A DNA stretch of 64,000 nt from a virus. Within the stretch, counting starts at the first letter, position 1, and each line of letters starts with the position of its first letter. The stretch spans positions 96,001 to 160,000 of the IMG/VR virus record IMGVR_UViG_3300028840_005911; one strand, written 5' to 3'. The notes under the pieces are model-generated. The model saw only the letters and a list, made by a program, of their open reading frames with translations, did not search any database and was not told where the DNA came from. Shown piece by piece: positions 17,597 through 26,884 of the stretch. Made by a program: the position numbers and the translations under genes.

Positions 17597-18014
17597 GGCC
17601 CTTCTCCTTGCACCTCTTCTCGAGCTTCTCTATGCCGTGAAGGAGCTCGTCCACCACCCCTTTACAGGGCGGCTTCTTGCACGGGCCCGCCAGTCTTCCA
17701 GAGCACTCGTCTATTCCCCAGTCTATTTTGCGGCAGATTTTCGTGCCACCGTAATTGGCGGAGTCGAGGTAGTATTCGCACGTTGCGGACGAGGGTACTA
17801 TCGCGGCCCCCAAGGCGTAGAGCATCCAGAAGCAGCAGAAGACCACGAACAGGTAGGCCACGAAGTGGTAGTCTCCCACGGCCCACTCCACGAATCTCTT
17901 GAACTTGCTCTCGAACTTCCTTTCCTGCTCGAGCCTGTCCGCAGCCTTCCTGAGGTCTTCTTCTAGGACCTCGATCCTTCTCTCGTAGTATTCTTTGCTA
18001 TCAGCCACTGGCAT
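17586..18014 (-). CDS. membrane protein
   Basis: coiled coil, hydrophobic segment, Cys-containing C-domain. Confidence 0.6.
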   Translation of the reverse strand: MPVADSKEYYERRIEVLEEDLRKAADRLEQERKFESKFKRFVEWAVGDYHFVAYLFVVFCCFWMLYALGAAIVPSSATCEYYLDSANYGGTKICRKIDWGIDECSGRLAGPCKKPPCKGVVDELLHGIEKLEKRCKEKGHGD

Positions 18015-18681
18015 CGTCTCTTCCTTTCAGCGCCGGGGTATATCCCGACTTCAGCGCGTCCAGACCGGTCTGGTGTACCATCATCGTCACGAAGGCGTCC
18101 ATCTCGGCCTTGGCCGACACGACCACCTTGTCCATGGCCTCTTCGAAGAGCTCGAGCATGAACGGCAGGTGGTTGGTCAGCTCACTGTGTACCGCCTGGA
18201 ACTTGGCCACGAGGTTCTTGCGCTCCTCTTTGTTGAGAGGTCTCTTCTCCTTAAACCTCTCCCTGGTCTCGATGACAGCTTCTTTCAAGTAGGTCACGGC
18301 CTCCCTGATATTCTTCCCGACCACCTTCCTGGACCTCTCGTGTACGTGCTCTTCGGCCGGCGGAGGGGGAACGCCCACCATCTCACCTTCACGGACCCTC
18401 TCCAGGGTACACGGAACCCCGCCAGCCCCCATGTTCACGGTCGTCAGCATGGTAGCGAACTGAGCAGCCGACATCCTGAGCCGCAGGATGGGCTTGTCAG
18501 GCATGTATAGGTCTTCGGTCGGCATCTCTCGGTCACGCTCTACTCTGCCTTCGTACACTTCGATTGACATGTACGAGCCGTAGGAAGGCAGGGAAGAAGC
18601 GAAGAACCTCACGTCTCCCTGCGTCCTTCTCAGGGCTATCATCCCATAGCTGGGGTGCCGGTCTGTGTATCTGTCCTTCAT
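18001..18681 (-). CDS. conserved phage protein
   Basis: HPSYGMI...RFFAS...MS.AQFA...S/T.N.G.GVPCTL pattern. Confidence 0.75.
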   Translation of the reverse strand: MKDRYTDRHPSYGMIALRRTQGDVRFFASSLPSYGSYMSIEVYEGRVERDREMPTEDLYMPDKPILRLRMSAAQFATMLTTVNMGAGGVPCTLERVREGEMVGVPPPPAEEHVHERSRKVVGKNIREAVTYLKEAVIETRERFKEKRPLNKEERKNLVAKFQAVHSELTNHLPFMLELFEEAMDKVVVSAKAEMDAFVTMMVHQTGLDALKSGYTPALKGRDDASG

Positions 18682-18716
18682 GAATCCCTCCTTGGGTTAA
18701 TGTGTTTCCTTCATGA

Positions 18717-18757
18717 TTCTTATACCTGAAAAGATGCCGGCTTTTGGGGTATAAGAA
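18717..18757. promoter_or_regulatory. palindromic back-to-back GGTATAAGAA promoters
   Basis: TTCTTATACC-TGAAAAG-ATGCCGG-CTTTTGG-GGTATAAGAA between divergent genes. Confidence 0.75.
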
Positions 18758-18777
18758 ACGTGAGATGAAAGTTACCG

Positions 18778-18805
18778 TCAAGTACCCATCAAGTACCCAT
18801 CAAGT
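18778..18805 (+). repeat. 11-bp tandem repeat (TCAAGTACCCA x2.5)
   Basis: lies between the promoter and the RBS of the HicB-like gene. Confidence 0.8.
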
Positions 18806-18817
18806 TAGGAGACCACC

Positions 18818-19270
18818 ATGGGAATACAACCTTCTGACAACATAATAGACGAGCTCGTCCGAGACATCGAGTACCCTATCACGGTCCACACCTTGCCGAA
18901 AGAAGATGGAGGAGGGTTCTTTGCCTATCTCCCAGACATCGGTCACTCGGCATGTAGTGCTGCCGGAGACACCCTCGAGGAGGCCATCTATATACTCAAA
19001 GACGTTCTTGAAGGAGTCACCGAGGTCTACGAAGAAAGAGGTTACAAGATTCCTCGACCCTCTGGAGATCCAGTCAACGACGACTTCCCCACGGCCAGAG
19101 TCCTACTAAGGCAGGCTGTTTTCAAGCTCGAGTCCGACGATCCGGCAGATGGATCCTGGACCAGCTGGATAGAGAATGCCAAGAAGCGGGTGCAGTGGGA
19201 CCCGGAAGTGGACGGCAAACCACTATCTGACGAAGATCGAGAGCTGCTGAAGAAGCTGGAGGGAAGATGA
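18818..19270 (+). CDS. HicB-like antitoxin domain protein
   Basis: YPITVH...DGGGFFAYLPDI..C.A.GDTLEEAI. Confidence 0.75.
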   Translation: MGIQPSDNIIDELVRDIEYPITVHTLPKEDGGGFFAYLPDIGHSACSAAGDTLEEAIYILKDVLEGVTEVYEERGYKIPRPSGDPVNDDFPTARVLLRQAVFKLESDDPADGSWTSWIENAKKRVQWDPEVDGKPLSDEDRELLKKLEGR

Positions 19271-19527
19271 GTTCATTCGAATGTCCCGTATGCGGGAAAG
19301 AGTTCTGGGGGTCTACTTGCTCGCACTGCCTGAAGAGTATGACCACTCTGGAGTTCGATACGCGCCTGAGAGAGATCCTCAAAGACATGACCGGAGAGGA
19401 ACTCCTGGATATTCCCGGGGTGTACGAGGCAGTTTCTGAGTATTTCAACAACGAGGTGCTGGACAACTGGTATAACGATAAAGTGATGGAGGTTGGATAT
19501 GGACAACGAGAGCCGCTACAGGACTGA
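19267..19527 (+). CDS. hypothetical protein (Zn ribbon + helical domain)
   Basis: FECPVCG...CSHC; ATGA overlap. Confidence 0.65.
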   Translation: MSSFECPVCGKEFWGSTCSHCLKSMTTLEFDTRLREILKDMTGEELLDIPGVYEAVSEYFNNEVLDNWYNDKVMEVGYGQREPLQD

Positions 19528-19774
19528 CCCGACCTTCAAGGCATACGCCGATATGGTGACGCGCATCATAGAAGATGGGCAGATAACTGCAGAGGAACTG
19601 CTTTCAGCAACCAAGGTCGGTATCACCAACTACCAGGTCAGGAACGTGGAGCTCCGCTATTACCCTGTCATCTGCGGGCATACTCTGAAGTGCATCACAA
19701 CCCCTGACAGAGTGTGTCGTAGGCCTAAGGGTCACGGCGGGGCCCACGGCGATGGGGACGGGTACATGTGGTAA
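19493..19774 (+). CDS. hypothetical protein
   Basis: C-terminal C..C.RPKGH.G.H motif. Confidence 0.6.
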   Translation: MDMDNESRYRTDPTFKAYADMVTRIIEDGQITAEELLSATKVGITNYQVRNVELRYYPVICGHTLKCITTPDRVCRRPKGHGGAHGDGDGYMW

Positions 19775-19776
19775 AG

Positions 19777-19808
19777 GTAAAAGAGAGGATTCAACCCTCT
19801 CTTTTAGC
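19777..19808. terminator. bidirectional intrinsic terminator
   Basis: GTAAAAGAGAGG-ATTCAAC-CCTCTCTTTTAGC between convergent genes. Confidence 0.85.
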
Positions 19809-19810
19809 TC

Positions 19811-20200
19811 TCATTCGAGAACCCACATCGCACCATTGTGGTTGTATTTCTTACCGCACTGGCACTCGAAGAAACTTGAGGCATCACTGATATAGCCGGA
19901 CCACCCGCATTCGCACCGGTAGTGATGATCTTCCCCCACTGCTGTCAGCTTCTCTCCTACTGGAGGCCAGTACTCTTCAGCCATAGTCATGATCCTGAGA
20001 TCGAGGCCAATCTTACGGGCGTCCTCGAGCATATCCTGAAGGACCTTCCGCACGACGACCACCTTCTCCAGCATTGGGGTGGGATCAGTGCCCTTACTGG
20101 CTATCAGTATCCTGTCCAAAGACCCAAGGCACCCTCTGATCCTGTCGTCGGCCTTCTGCAGGTCTTCTTCGGCTGCTTCTAGAGCATCCATCCTGGTCAT
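19811..20200 (-). CDS. hypothetical protein with C-terminal Zn ribbon
   Basis: YRCECG...FECQCG. Confidence 0.65.
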   Translation of the reverse strand: MTRMDALEAAEEDLQKADDRIRGCLGSLDRILIASKGTDPTPMLEKVVVVRKVLQDMLEDARKIGLDLRIMTMAEEYWPPVGEKLTAVGEDHHYRCECGWSGYISDASSFFECQCGKKYNHNGAMWVLE

Positions 20201-20400
20201 TCTTTCTTCCTCTCACGGACAGCCCTGGCAACAGCGCAGGCCGTGCAGTCACAATCGTCTCTCTTGGCTCTCCTGGACTCTCGGCAGACACGTGATACTA
20301 GGACAGCGTTCTTTACGTTGTCCGGATCCCAGTGCCATCGGTTGTCTACTACAGCGCTTCCATCTGCTTTGAGCTCTACCGAGACCACGGCCTCCTCCAT
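20197..20400 (-). CDS. small hypothetical protein
   Basis: 67-aa ORF in the coupled run. Confidence 0.55.
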   Translation of the reverse strand: MEEAVVSVELKADGSAVVDNRWHWDPDNVKNAVLVSRVCRESRRAKRDDCDCTACAVARAVRERKKE

Positions 20401-20871
20401 TTAGTTGGGTTCTACGATTGGTATGGTGTTTCCGCCGACGTTGATGAGAATGGGTTTGTCCCTCCTGATGGGCATAGCCTTCAATATGTCTTCGATTGAT
20501 GTTCCCTCCTCGAAGGTCCAGATCTCCCTGTCATCGAGCTTCTCGATGTTCTCGACATGGTCGGGGAGCTTGGACAGCTTGACAGCCGTCAAGTGGTCAT
20601 AGAGACATTCTACGCTGCAGAACGTGAGCATCGTGTTCTTACTTGTAGGCCCGCCCTCTCCTTCGGAGAGAAAGAACATCTGTGCGCTGTGCGACCCGCA
20701 CTGCAGGCAAACCTGCTCGTTGATGTGCGTGTCCCATAGGTGGTCAACCAGTTCAGTTGCGGTGAGGTTACGCAAGATGTTCGAAGGGTCGTAGTTGCCG
20801 TCTTTGAAGAACAGATCCTGCATATTGAAGGAGACGACCAGGTCGCCGTCCTCTACACGTACTTTTGCCAT
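20401..20871 (-). CDS. hypothetical protein
   Basis: 156-aa ORF, C..C...FCS..C. Confidence 0.65.
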   Translation of the reverse strand: MAKVRVEDGDLVVSFNMQDLFFKDGNYDPSNILRNLTATELVDHLWDTHINEQVCLQCGSHSAQMFFLSEGEGGPTSKNTMLTFCSVECLYDHLTAVKLSKLPDHVENIEKLDDREIWTFEEGTSIEDILKAMPIRRDKPILINVGGNTIPIVEPN

Positions 20872-20874
20872 TTA

Positions 20875-21264
20875 TCACCTTTTGTTCCAAGGCTTGAACT
20901 TCAAGAGGGTGTGAACGTTGGGGAACTCACCCTCGAAGCAGAACGCCCTGTTATCGATTGATATGAACGCGGCGGGCTTGTGGGTAGGGTACTCAAGGTT
21001 GTTGATGAGGACCGTCGCCTCATCCGCACCGAGCTCCTCGGTAGCCCACTGCTCGATTGCTTTCTTCATCGCAGCGATACCCTGAGGATATCTGGACCTG
21101 CTGCTGAAGATACTCACGTTGAAATGATCGATGGCCTGCCTGAGCCACTGCATCGCACCGGGGACCGGGCCGTCCGGTATCTTGTCCGGGCCTTTCCACC
21201 CACTTGAATAGAGATGGAGTACCCCATCGAAGTCACAGCTCAAGGTAGGCTTTCGGTCAATCAT
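20875..21264 (-). CDS. HAD-superfamily phosphatase (5'-nucleotidase-like)
   Basis: DFDGVLH motif I; FSSR; K..A...IDNRA. Confidence 0.8.
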   Translation of the reverse strand: MIDRKPTLSCDFDGVLHLYSSGWKGPDKIPDGPVPGAMQWLRQAIDHFNVSIFSSRSRYPQGIAAMKKAIEQWATEELGADEATVLINNLEYPTHKPAAFISIDNRAFCFEGEFPNVHTLLKFKPWNKR

Positions 21265-21265
21265 T

Positions 21266-21517
21266 TCATTCTCCTGTTTCGACTTTAATCCCGACGCTGG
21301 CCTTTAGGAAGTAGATGGCCCACCAGCACAGAAAGATGTCCCAGAACTCGAGCATCGGGGCATCTTTCCAGAAGTTGGGGACCATATTCTGCCAAGCGGC
21401 CTGGAACAGGAACGAAGTCACCAGGCTGAGGGCGAATGTGTAGCACAAGGCGACTACGATCATAAACAGCGTCAGCAGGGCTATCGTGAGCCACTTGCCT
21501 ATTACTTCGCCCATCAT
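21266..21517 (-). CDS. small membrane protein
   Basis: two hydrophobic segments. Confidence 0.6.
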   Translation of the reverse strand: MMGEVIGKWLTIALLTLFMIVVALCYTFALSLVTSFLFQAAWQNMVPNFWKDAPMLEFWDIFLCWWAIYFLKASVGIKVETGE

Positions 21518-21647
21518 CGTCTCCTTATTGCGTCGACCAGGTCCAAAGCCATGCCGGCCGGGGCCTTGATAATCCAGGCGGTCAGCTCTTCTAAGAGGAC
21601 CCTCGCCATGGCAGTAAGCATGGCGATGAGGTCGGTGTGTTCGTCGT

Positions 21648-22094
21648 TCATTCTATCATCTCTGGGAGCTCAAAGTGCTTTTTGCAGTGCGGGCACTGGA
21701 TATTCTTCCCCGGCATGGGGACCCCTACGTGGCGTGCACCATCCGCATCACAGGACAGAATCCAGATGTCCCCGGGGTCGTCCCCGCTACACTTGAAGGT
21801 GCCGTTCAGAGTGAAGTCCGGCCATTTCTCTCGCATCTTGTCGATGACGAAGTTGACCTGGCCGACCATGTCGTAGCTTTTCTCCGCCCCGTTCCACTTG
21901 ATACCGAGCATGTCCTCGGTCAGCTTGAGATCGATGCCGTACCACTCCGGTTTCCACCCTACGAAGCCCTCAGACCACTCCGGATGCTTACGCCTGTCTT
22001 CTCCAAGGTACTTTTTGAGCTCGACTATCTGGTTGACGGTCGGATCTCCGCTCCCTATGTTCAGGACTCCTGAGAAATTAGTGTTGTATCCCAC
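21648..22094 (-). CDS. conserved phage protein
   Basis: GY.T.F.G...WNG.EK.Y...G.D..D.W pattern; GTG start. Confidence 0.7.
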   Translation of the reverse strand: MGYNTNFSGVLNIGSGDPTVNQIVELKKYLGEDRRKHPEWSEGFVGWKPEWYGIDLKLTEDMLGIKWNGAEKSYDMVGQVNFVIDKMREKWPDFTLNGTFKCSGDDPGDIWILSCDADGARHVGVPMPGKNIQCPHCKKHFELPEMIE

Positions 22095-22096
22095 TT

Positions 22097-22318
22097 CTAT
22101 ACCTCGTAGGACTCGGCCTTCCTCTCAACTGCCCGGAGGTCTCCAGCGAGCTCCTTCAGGAGCTCTATCCTGTGTTCGTCGGTGTTGAGCCTGATGAAGG
22201 CGGATTTTCTGTTTTCTGCTTTTGTATCGAGTATCGTGGCTAGGGAACCTAGCACTTCCGTCAGGCCGAATCTGCCGGCCAAAGCGTTGAGTTCATGCTC
22301 GAGGACTGTCCACTCCAT
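22097..22318 (-). CDS. small helical protein
   Basis: 73-aa ORF with GGAG RBS. Confidence 0.6.
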   Translation of the reverse strand: MEWTVLEHELNALAGRFGLTEVLGSLATILDTKAENRKSAFIRLNTDEHRIELLKELAGDLRAVERKAESYEV

Positions 22319-22727
22319 GTTGTTCTCCTTCTACCTTCAGCTCGAATCTCCCCGTCTCGTGATTAAAGTTGCGGTCCTTCCCCCACGCTGTACATTCTGG
22401 GCACATCTTCCACTTTCCAAAAGAGATGACCGTGGGGCTATCTACGAACGGCTCTCCACACTGCCTGCATAGGAACCTACCGGGTTCTTTCAGAGCCGGT
22501 GGCTCAGAGTCAATGACACCATCATCGGTGATGGGTTTGATCATGAGGCCGGGGGAGAACCCGATCTGTGGGTCGAAAACCAACCTGTAGTCACTATCCC
22601 TGCCTCTCAGAATGACGTCTAAGACACGAACGTGGTCTTTGGCATCACTCAGCACCTCTTCGCTGCTCAAATCCTCTGTGAGCTCAATCTCGAGCCTCAG
22701 GGGCACGGTTACGACTGGATTCTTCAT
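22293..22727 (-). CDS. hypothetical protein with Zn ribbon
   Basis: MKNPVV...; CRQC..CPEC. Confidence 0.6.
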   Translation of the reverse strand: MKNPVVTVPLRLEIELTEDLSSEEVLSDAKDHVRVLDVILRGRDSDYRLVFDPQIGFSPGLMIKPITDDGVIDSEPPALKEPGRFLCRQCGEPFVDSPTVISFGKWKMCPECTAWGKDRNFNHETGRFELKVEGEQHGVDSPRA

Positions 22728-22915
22728 GCTTCTTCCTCCCTGGGGGGACCGTTGAGGAGGTAGAAAGCCTTCTCGATGCAATCCTGCCTGTCGGGGCAGT
22801 TTGCGCAGTCCCCCTCGTCGAAGTTGGGCTGGACCATCTTGAATGGTCCCATCCTCTCGTCGTTGACCTCGAGATCCTCGTCCGGGTCAAATCTCAGCTG
22901 AATCTCTGGCATCAT
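22724..22915 (-). CDS. small Cys-containing protein
   Basis: MMPEIQL...CANCPDRQDC. Confidence 0.55.
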   Translation of the reverse strand: MMPEIQLRFDPDEDLEVNDERMGPFKMVQPNFDEGDCANCPDRQDCIEKAFYLLNGPPREEEA

Positions 22916-23108
22916 TGCTCCCTGTCTTGCTGTATCCGTCCTTGGCCCATCCACCTCCAGCGAGCTTGAAGCTGGATAGCGAGATGACCCTGTTCAAGGA
23001 GCCCCCACAGTGGTTGCAGGACAGGCCCTCGTAGGGGTCGTCGGTGATCCTCTGCTCTATCTCCTTGATCTTGGCGCAAGTCAAGCACTGATATTCATAA
23101 GTAGGCAT
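22887..23108 (-). CDS. FmdB-family Zn-ribbon protein
   Basis: MPTYEYQCLTC...CNHCG...F.L.GGGWAKDGY. Confidence 0.85.
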   Translation of the reverse strand: MPTYEYQCLTCAKIKEIEQRITDDPYEGLSCNHCGGSLNRVISLSSFKLAGGGWAKDGYSKTGSNDARDSAEI

Positions 23109-23430
23109 GGCTACCTCCAGGTTACATAGTACTTATCCCAGAATACCGCTCAAAATTCAAGGTTTTCTGATGAGCTGATAGCAGGATGGTCTCCCAACCC
23201 ACCGTATGAGAACCCAGGTATCGCTCTCCATGTCTTCCGCCAACTTGTCCAGCTTCCGGCCCAGGACCGGGTATTGGACCACCTCGAACCTCTTGATGTT
23301 GAAGACATGGTGCCGGAACATCTGGTTGTTGAACACCCCGGCCTTTACGAGATCTGAGATGGTGACATGCCTAGCCCCGAACTTCTTCCACCACTTTCTG
23401 AAGGTGTCGGTAAATCCGGGAGGAGCACCC

Positions 23431-24036
23431 TCAAGAGCAGCCACTGGTGCCGCCACAGTTCTGGCACCTATAGCACGTCCCGTTACGGACCATAATGCTT
23501 CCACAGGTAACGCAGGTAGGCGCATCCGACTGGACCACGAAGGTAGGTTTCACACCGTTGGACAAGCTTGGAGGAGCCTTGATGTCACTGGGCTTATCCC
23601 CCAAGAACTTGATGCCAAGCCACTTGGCGATGTAGTCGGTCACCGACTTGGCAAAGGCGATATCCTTGTTGTCGGTGTAGCCGCAGGGCTCGAAGCGGGT
23701 ATGCATCATCTTGTCCACGATGCACCGAAGGGGGACACCATGCTGAAGGGAGATAGACACGAGGGTGGCTATGGTATCCATGAGCCCCCGGACCGTGCTG
23801 CCCTCCTTGGACATAGTGATAAAGAGCTCACCGGGGGTGCCGTCTTCGTAGACTCCCACAGTGATATAGACCTTGTGTCCTCCGATAACCACCTTGTGAG
23901 TGACGGCCTTCCGCTCGTCAGGCAGTTTAGATCTAGTTGCTGGAGAAGCCCCTACCTTCTTGGAGGCCTTCTTTGGCTCTGGCTTCTTGGTCTTCTTTTT
24001 TGGCTCTGAAGGCACGGATTGACTGACAGTTTCCAT
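23431..24036 (-). CDS. stand-alone TSCPD domain (class II ribonucleotide reductase C-terminal module)
   Basis: VYITVG.YEDG.PGELF..MSKEGST...SLQHGVPL...RFEP.G...SV.DYI...C..CG..M.R.G.CY.C..CG.TSGCS. Confidence 0.88.
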   Translation of the reverse strand: METVSQSVPSEPKKKTKKPEPKKASKKVGASPATRSKLPDERKAVTHKVVIGGHKVYITVGVYEDGTPGELFITMSKEGSTVRGLMDTIATLVSISLQHGVPLRCIVDKMMHTRFEPCGYTDNKDIAFAKSVTDYIAKWLGIKFLGDKPSDIKAPPSLSNGVKPTFVVQSDAPTCVTCGSIMVRNGTCYRCQNCGGTSGCS

Positions 24037-24147
24037 CTGTTGGTCTCCGGAAAAGGTTTATGGCACTATTTTTCCCACCAGGACAGGTTACACCAGCTAG
24101 GGATGGCCATGCAATCAGAATGATCTTTCCTCCAATGAAATCGGGGA

Positions 24148-24927
24148 TCATGTATCGCCCGCAGCATCCTCGATGACGACATCGTATGTATAGACGCCAA
24201 ACCTATCCATGACCTCTTTGACAGGGTCCGAGAAGTCCATGTCCGTGGTCAACGCTTTGACCGCCGGGAAGAGAAATGGGTAGGTGGAAAACAAGCTACT
24301 GACGATGGCCGGGGTAGCGCCAGTCAGGAACGTGTTCCTAATGTGTTTTGACCAGTCCGTGTAATCTACCGTTGAACTGATACACAGACGGCCAGCGCTA
24401 CCCAGCAGGCTCTTGACCATCTCCCTGTCCGATGAGGTGAGTGAGTCAAGATCGAGCAACAGATTGAACCCGCAGTAGTACCTCGTAGAGAAGTCTACGA
24501 GGTCGTCCACGACCCGCAGCTTCCCCTTCTCAGGAGACTCCTTGAACTCCTCCCTCTCCTCCTCGGTGATATTCAGTATCTTGCTGATCTTCTCGGCGTT
24601 CCTGACCTTGAAGCAGTGACCTGTCACCGACTCTAGATAGTACAGAGCGTGGTAATAGTTACCCAAGATATGTCCGTAGGCTCTGCCGAGCGCGAGGGAC
24701 AATTTATTGACCAGAGCCAGGTCCCTGTCAGAACACCTGTGGACCATTCTTGGTTTGTCCCACAGGTCGGCGCTCACGTCATGCAGATAGTCGGTTTCCG
24801 ACGAGTGTGGAGTCTCTATCTGGATGAGCACGTAGTCCCCGTGGTGTCGTACAGCACGGTACTCCTTCCCCTCCGGGCTGACCAACACATCACCCGGCCT
24901 AATCTCCTTGAACTCCCTTTTCTTCAT
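24148..24927 (-). CDS. hypothetical protein
   Basis: 259-aa ORF, start MKKREF. Confidence 0.65.
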   Translation of the reverse strand: MKKREFKEIRPGDVLVSPEGKEYRAVRHHGDYVLIQIETPHSSETDYLHDVSADLWDKPRMVHRCSDRDLALVNKLSLALGRAYGHILGNYYHALYYLESVTGHCFKVRNAEKISKILNITEEEREEFKESPEKGKLRVVDDLVDFSTRYYCGFNLLLDLDSLTSSDREMVKSLLGSAGRLCISSTVDYTDWSKHIRNTFLTGATPAIVSSLFSTYPFLFPAVKALTTDMDFSDPVKEVMDRFGVYTYDVVIEDAAGDT

Positions 24928-25297
24928 TTTCCTTCTCCCTGATACGCTCATCCAGGAGGTCGTTGATAGTCTCCTCTCGTATGAACTGATCGATGAACGC
25001 CACTTCTCCCATGTCGTTGATCATCTCCCCAACCGCTTCGTTTAGGACTTCCTGATTGATCATGGCCAGGATCTCCTTACCATCGTACTCCTCAAGAACG
25101 ACATCAGCTAGATCGCTGAGCATATCCTGCCTTGAATACTCCCCAACGGTTTCCCACGGGTCTAGCGCCATATTCAGGTGCCAGCTGTCCACCACCTCCT
25201 GTAGGTTGTCCTCCTTGATGAAGTACAGGCGCACCTCGACGCCGTTCACATAGGGACCTATCTCCACCTTTTCGCACTGCACCTTTGCTTCGTACAT
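24899..25297 (-). CDS. acidic hypothetical protein
   Basis: 132-aa ORF with AGGAG RBS. Confidence 0.65.
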   Translation of the reverse strand: MYEAKVQCEKVEIGPYVNGVEVRLYFIKEDNLQEVVDSWHLNMALDPWETVGEYSRQDMLSDLADVVLEEYDGKEILAMINQEVLNEAVGEMINDMGEVAFIDQFIREETINDLLDERIREKENEEKGVQGD

Positions 25298-25312
25298 ATC
25301 TTCTCCTAGCTA

Positions 25313-25347
25313 AAAGGAAGGCGACAGATAATCTGCCGTCTTCCTTT
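25313..25347 (-). terminator. intrinsic terminator
   Basis: minus strand AAAGGAAGACG...CGCCTTCCTTTTAGC right after the stop at 25352. Confidence 0.7.
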
Positions 25348-25351
25348 CTGC

Positions 25352-26062
25352 TCAGTCGTCCAGGCTACCCACGATGACCTTATTGACACCCTTGAAACGC
25401 CCGATAATCTCCGAGAGCTCGCTGGCCTCGTCCGGGTCATCCAAGAGAACAGCCAGGAAAGTAGAAGCACCTGCCTCACTTGACTCCTTCTTTTCCTTCT
25501 TCGGCTGGCCGAGCACCGCACAGTCTTCGCACCACATGGGGCCTGTCATCAGCTTGTTGGCACCCAACTTCTTGAGACCTTTTCTCGGCACGAGCCTGTG
25601 ACACCTGGCGCATATTATCTTGGCTCCGTCCCCCTCGTTGAACTCTCTGATATACTCCTCGGTCACTTCCCTGATTTTGGGCTTCTTGCTCTTTCTGGGC
25701 GTTCTCTTTTGCGGGGGAGCAGAAGAGAGAGTCTGGGCAACGGTTAGACCTCTCCTGAGCCTGTTGATGATGGTGGTCTTGTGAACACCGACCTCCTCCG
25801 CCCACGCCTCTACCGGGAGAGTGGACCCCCTGTAGGTCAAACAGAGTCGGCCATCCTCATCTGCCGTGGTGTGCGGCACTGACTTACCATATCCAGGCTT
25901 TACCTTCTTCACCGGAGCGGTGAAGGCCTCCTCAACTGACTTGCCCCTCCTGAGTCTGCTGATCAGTGTGGGCATCCCGATGTTCAGGATCTTCGACCAT
26001 TCCTCGATGGTGTTCTTTTGACCGTCGTGCTTGATTACCGTTTCTTTGTTGAACGTAGACAT
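25352..26062 (-). CDS. tandem HTH (homing-endonuclease-type DNA-binding) protein without a nuclease domain
   Basis: two repeats of EW...L.I...TL..RL.RG..VEEA; Zn ribbon; C-terminal ACT-like stretch. Confidence 0.65.
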   Translation of the reverse strand: MSTFNKETVIKHDGQKNTIEEWSKILNIGMPTLISRLRRGKSVEEAFTAPVKKVKPGYGKSVPHTTADEDGRLCLTYRGSTLPVEAWAEEVGVHKTTIINRLRRGLTVAQTLSSAPPQKRTPRKSKKPKIREVTEEYIREFNEGDGAKIICARCHRLVPRKGLKKLGANKLMTGPMWCEDCAVLGQPKKEKKESSEAGASTFLAVLLDDPDEASELSEIIGRFKGVNKVIVGSLDD

Positions 26063-26099
26063 ACCTATCCTCCTTTGGATGTAAGTTCTTCTCTCAATG

Positions 26100-26109
26100 T
26101 TCTTATACC
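26100..26109 (-). promoter_or_regulatory. GGTATAAGAA promoter motif
   Basis: exact motif 38 nt upstream of the 26062 start. Confidence 0.65.
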
Positions 26110-26221
26110 GGAAGAAGCTAGGCGATTTTCTTGAGCTGGTAGGGCTTGAAGTTGTCTCGTTCCCAAGGCGGGATCTTGGTTCCCCACATCCGATAGCGGA
26201 GGAACAGGTACAGCTTGCGTA

Positions 26222-26884
26222 TCATTGGTCTCCTCGTTCTCTCTCGTGCTCGACGTAGAGCTGATTCAATATCGGCTCGAGTCTCCACAACTCTTCGTTC
26301 TCGTGTTTATAGTCAGGTCTCCACTTGCCAGGATCCTTCATCCTGAACCGGAGGGCATTCTCGTCTATGAGGTGGAGGATCTCATGGTAGAAGGCAGACT
26401 TCTCAATGGATCCTTTCCAGTGAACGATGATGGACTTTCTCTTCTGTATGCCGGCCTTCCCTTCGACTGCCCATCCGAGTCCCATGAGGGATATGGGCTC
26501 CTGTCTGAACTCTATGGTACATCCCGACAGGGCGCGCATGATCTCTTCGAAATTGGCTATGTTGGTTCTCCTCGGGAAGTTCTTGAGCAGGAGGAACAGG
26601 GCGTTCTTTATCATCGGCCTCTTGATGACATCTATCCCGTTGGTCCAGACGTAGGCCGGGTAGTCCTCCAGCATGAAGTCCCACCCTCTGGAGTACTGGA
26701 CCAGTACACCGGCGATGCTGATTCCGATCAGGGCCGATAGCACGAATAGCATAATCAGGATCTCGGCTATCTTCCACTCCTGCGGGGTCAAGACAGCGGC
26801 TACGGTTGCAGCCACGGCTATGAGGATTGTGGCACCGAACCACCAGATGTCTCTCCACGGGATGTATCGTTTCTTCTTAGTCAT
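26222..26884 (-). CDS. membrane protein with an HExxH-like motif
   Basis: two TM segments; FYHEILHL. Confidence 0.6.
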   Translation of the reverse strand: MTKKKRYIPWRDIWWFGATILIAVAATVAAVLTPQEWKIAEILIMLFVLSALIGISIAGVLVQYSRGWDFMLEDYPAYVWTNGIDVIKRPMIKNALFLLLKNFPRRTNIANFEEIMRALSGCTIEFRQEPISLMGLGWAVEGKAGIQKRKSIIVHWKGSIEKSAFYHEILHLIDENALRFRMKDPGKWRPDYKHENEELWRLEPILNQLYVEHERERGDQ

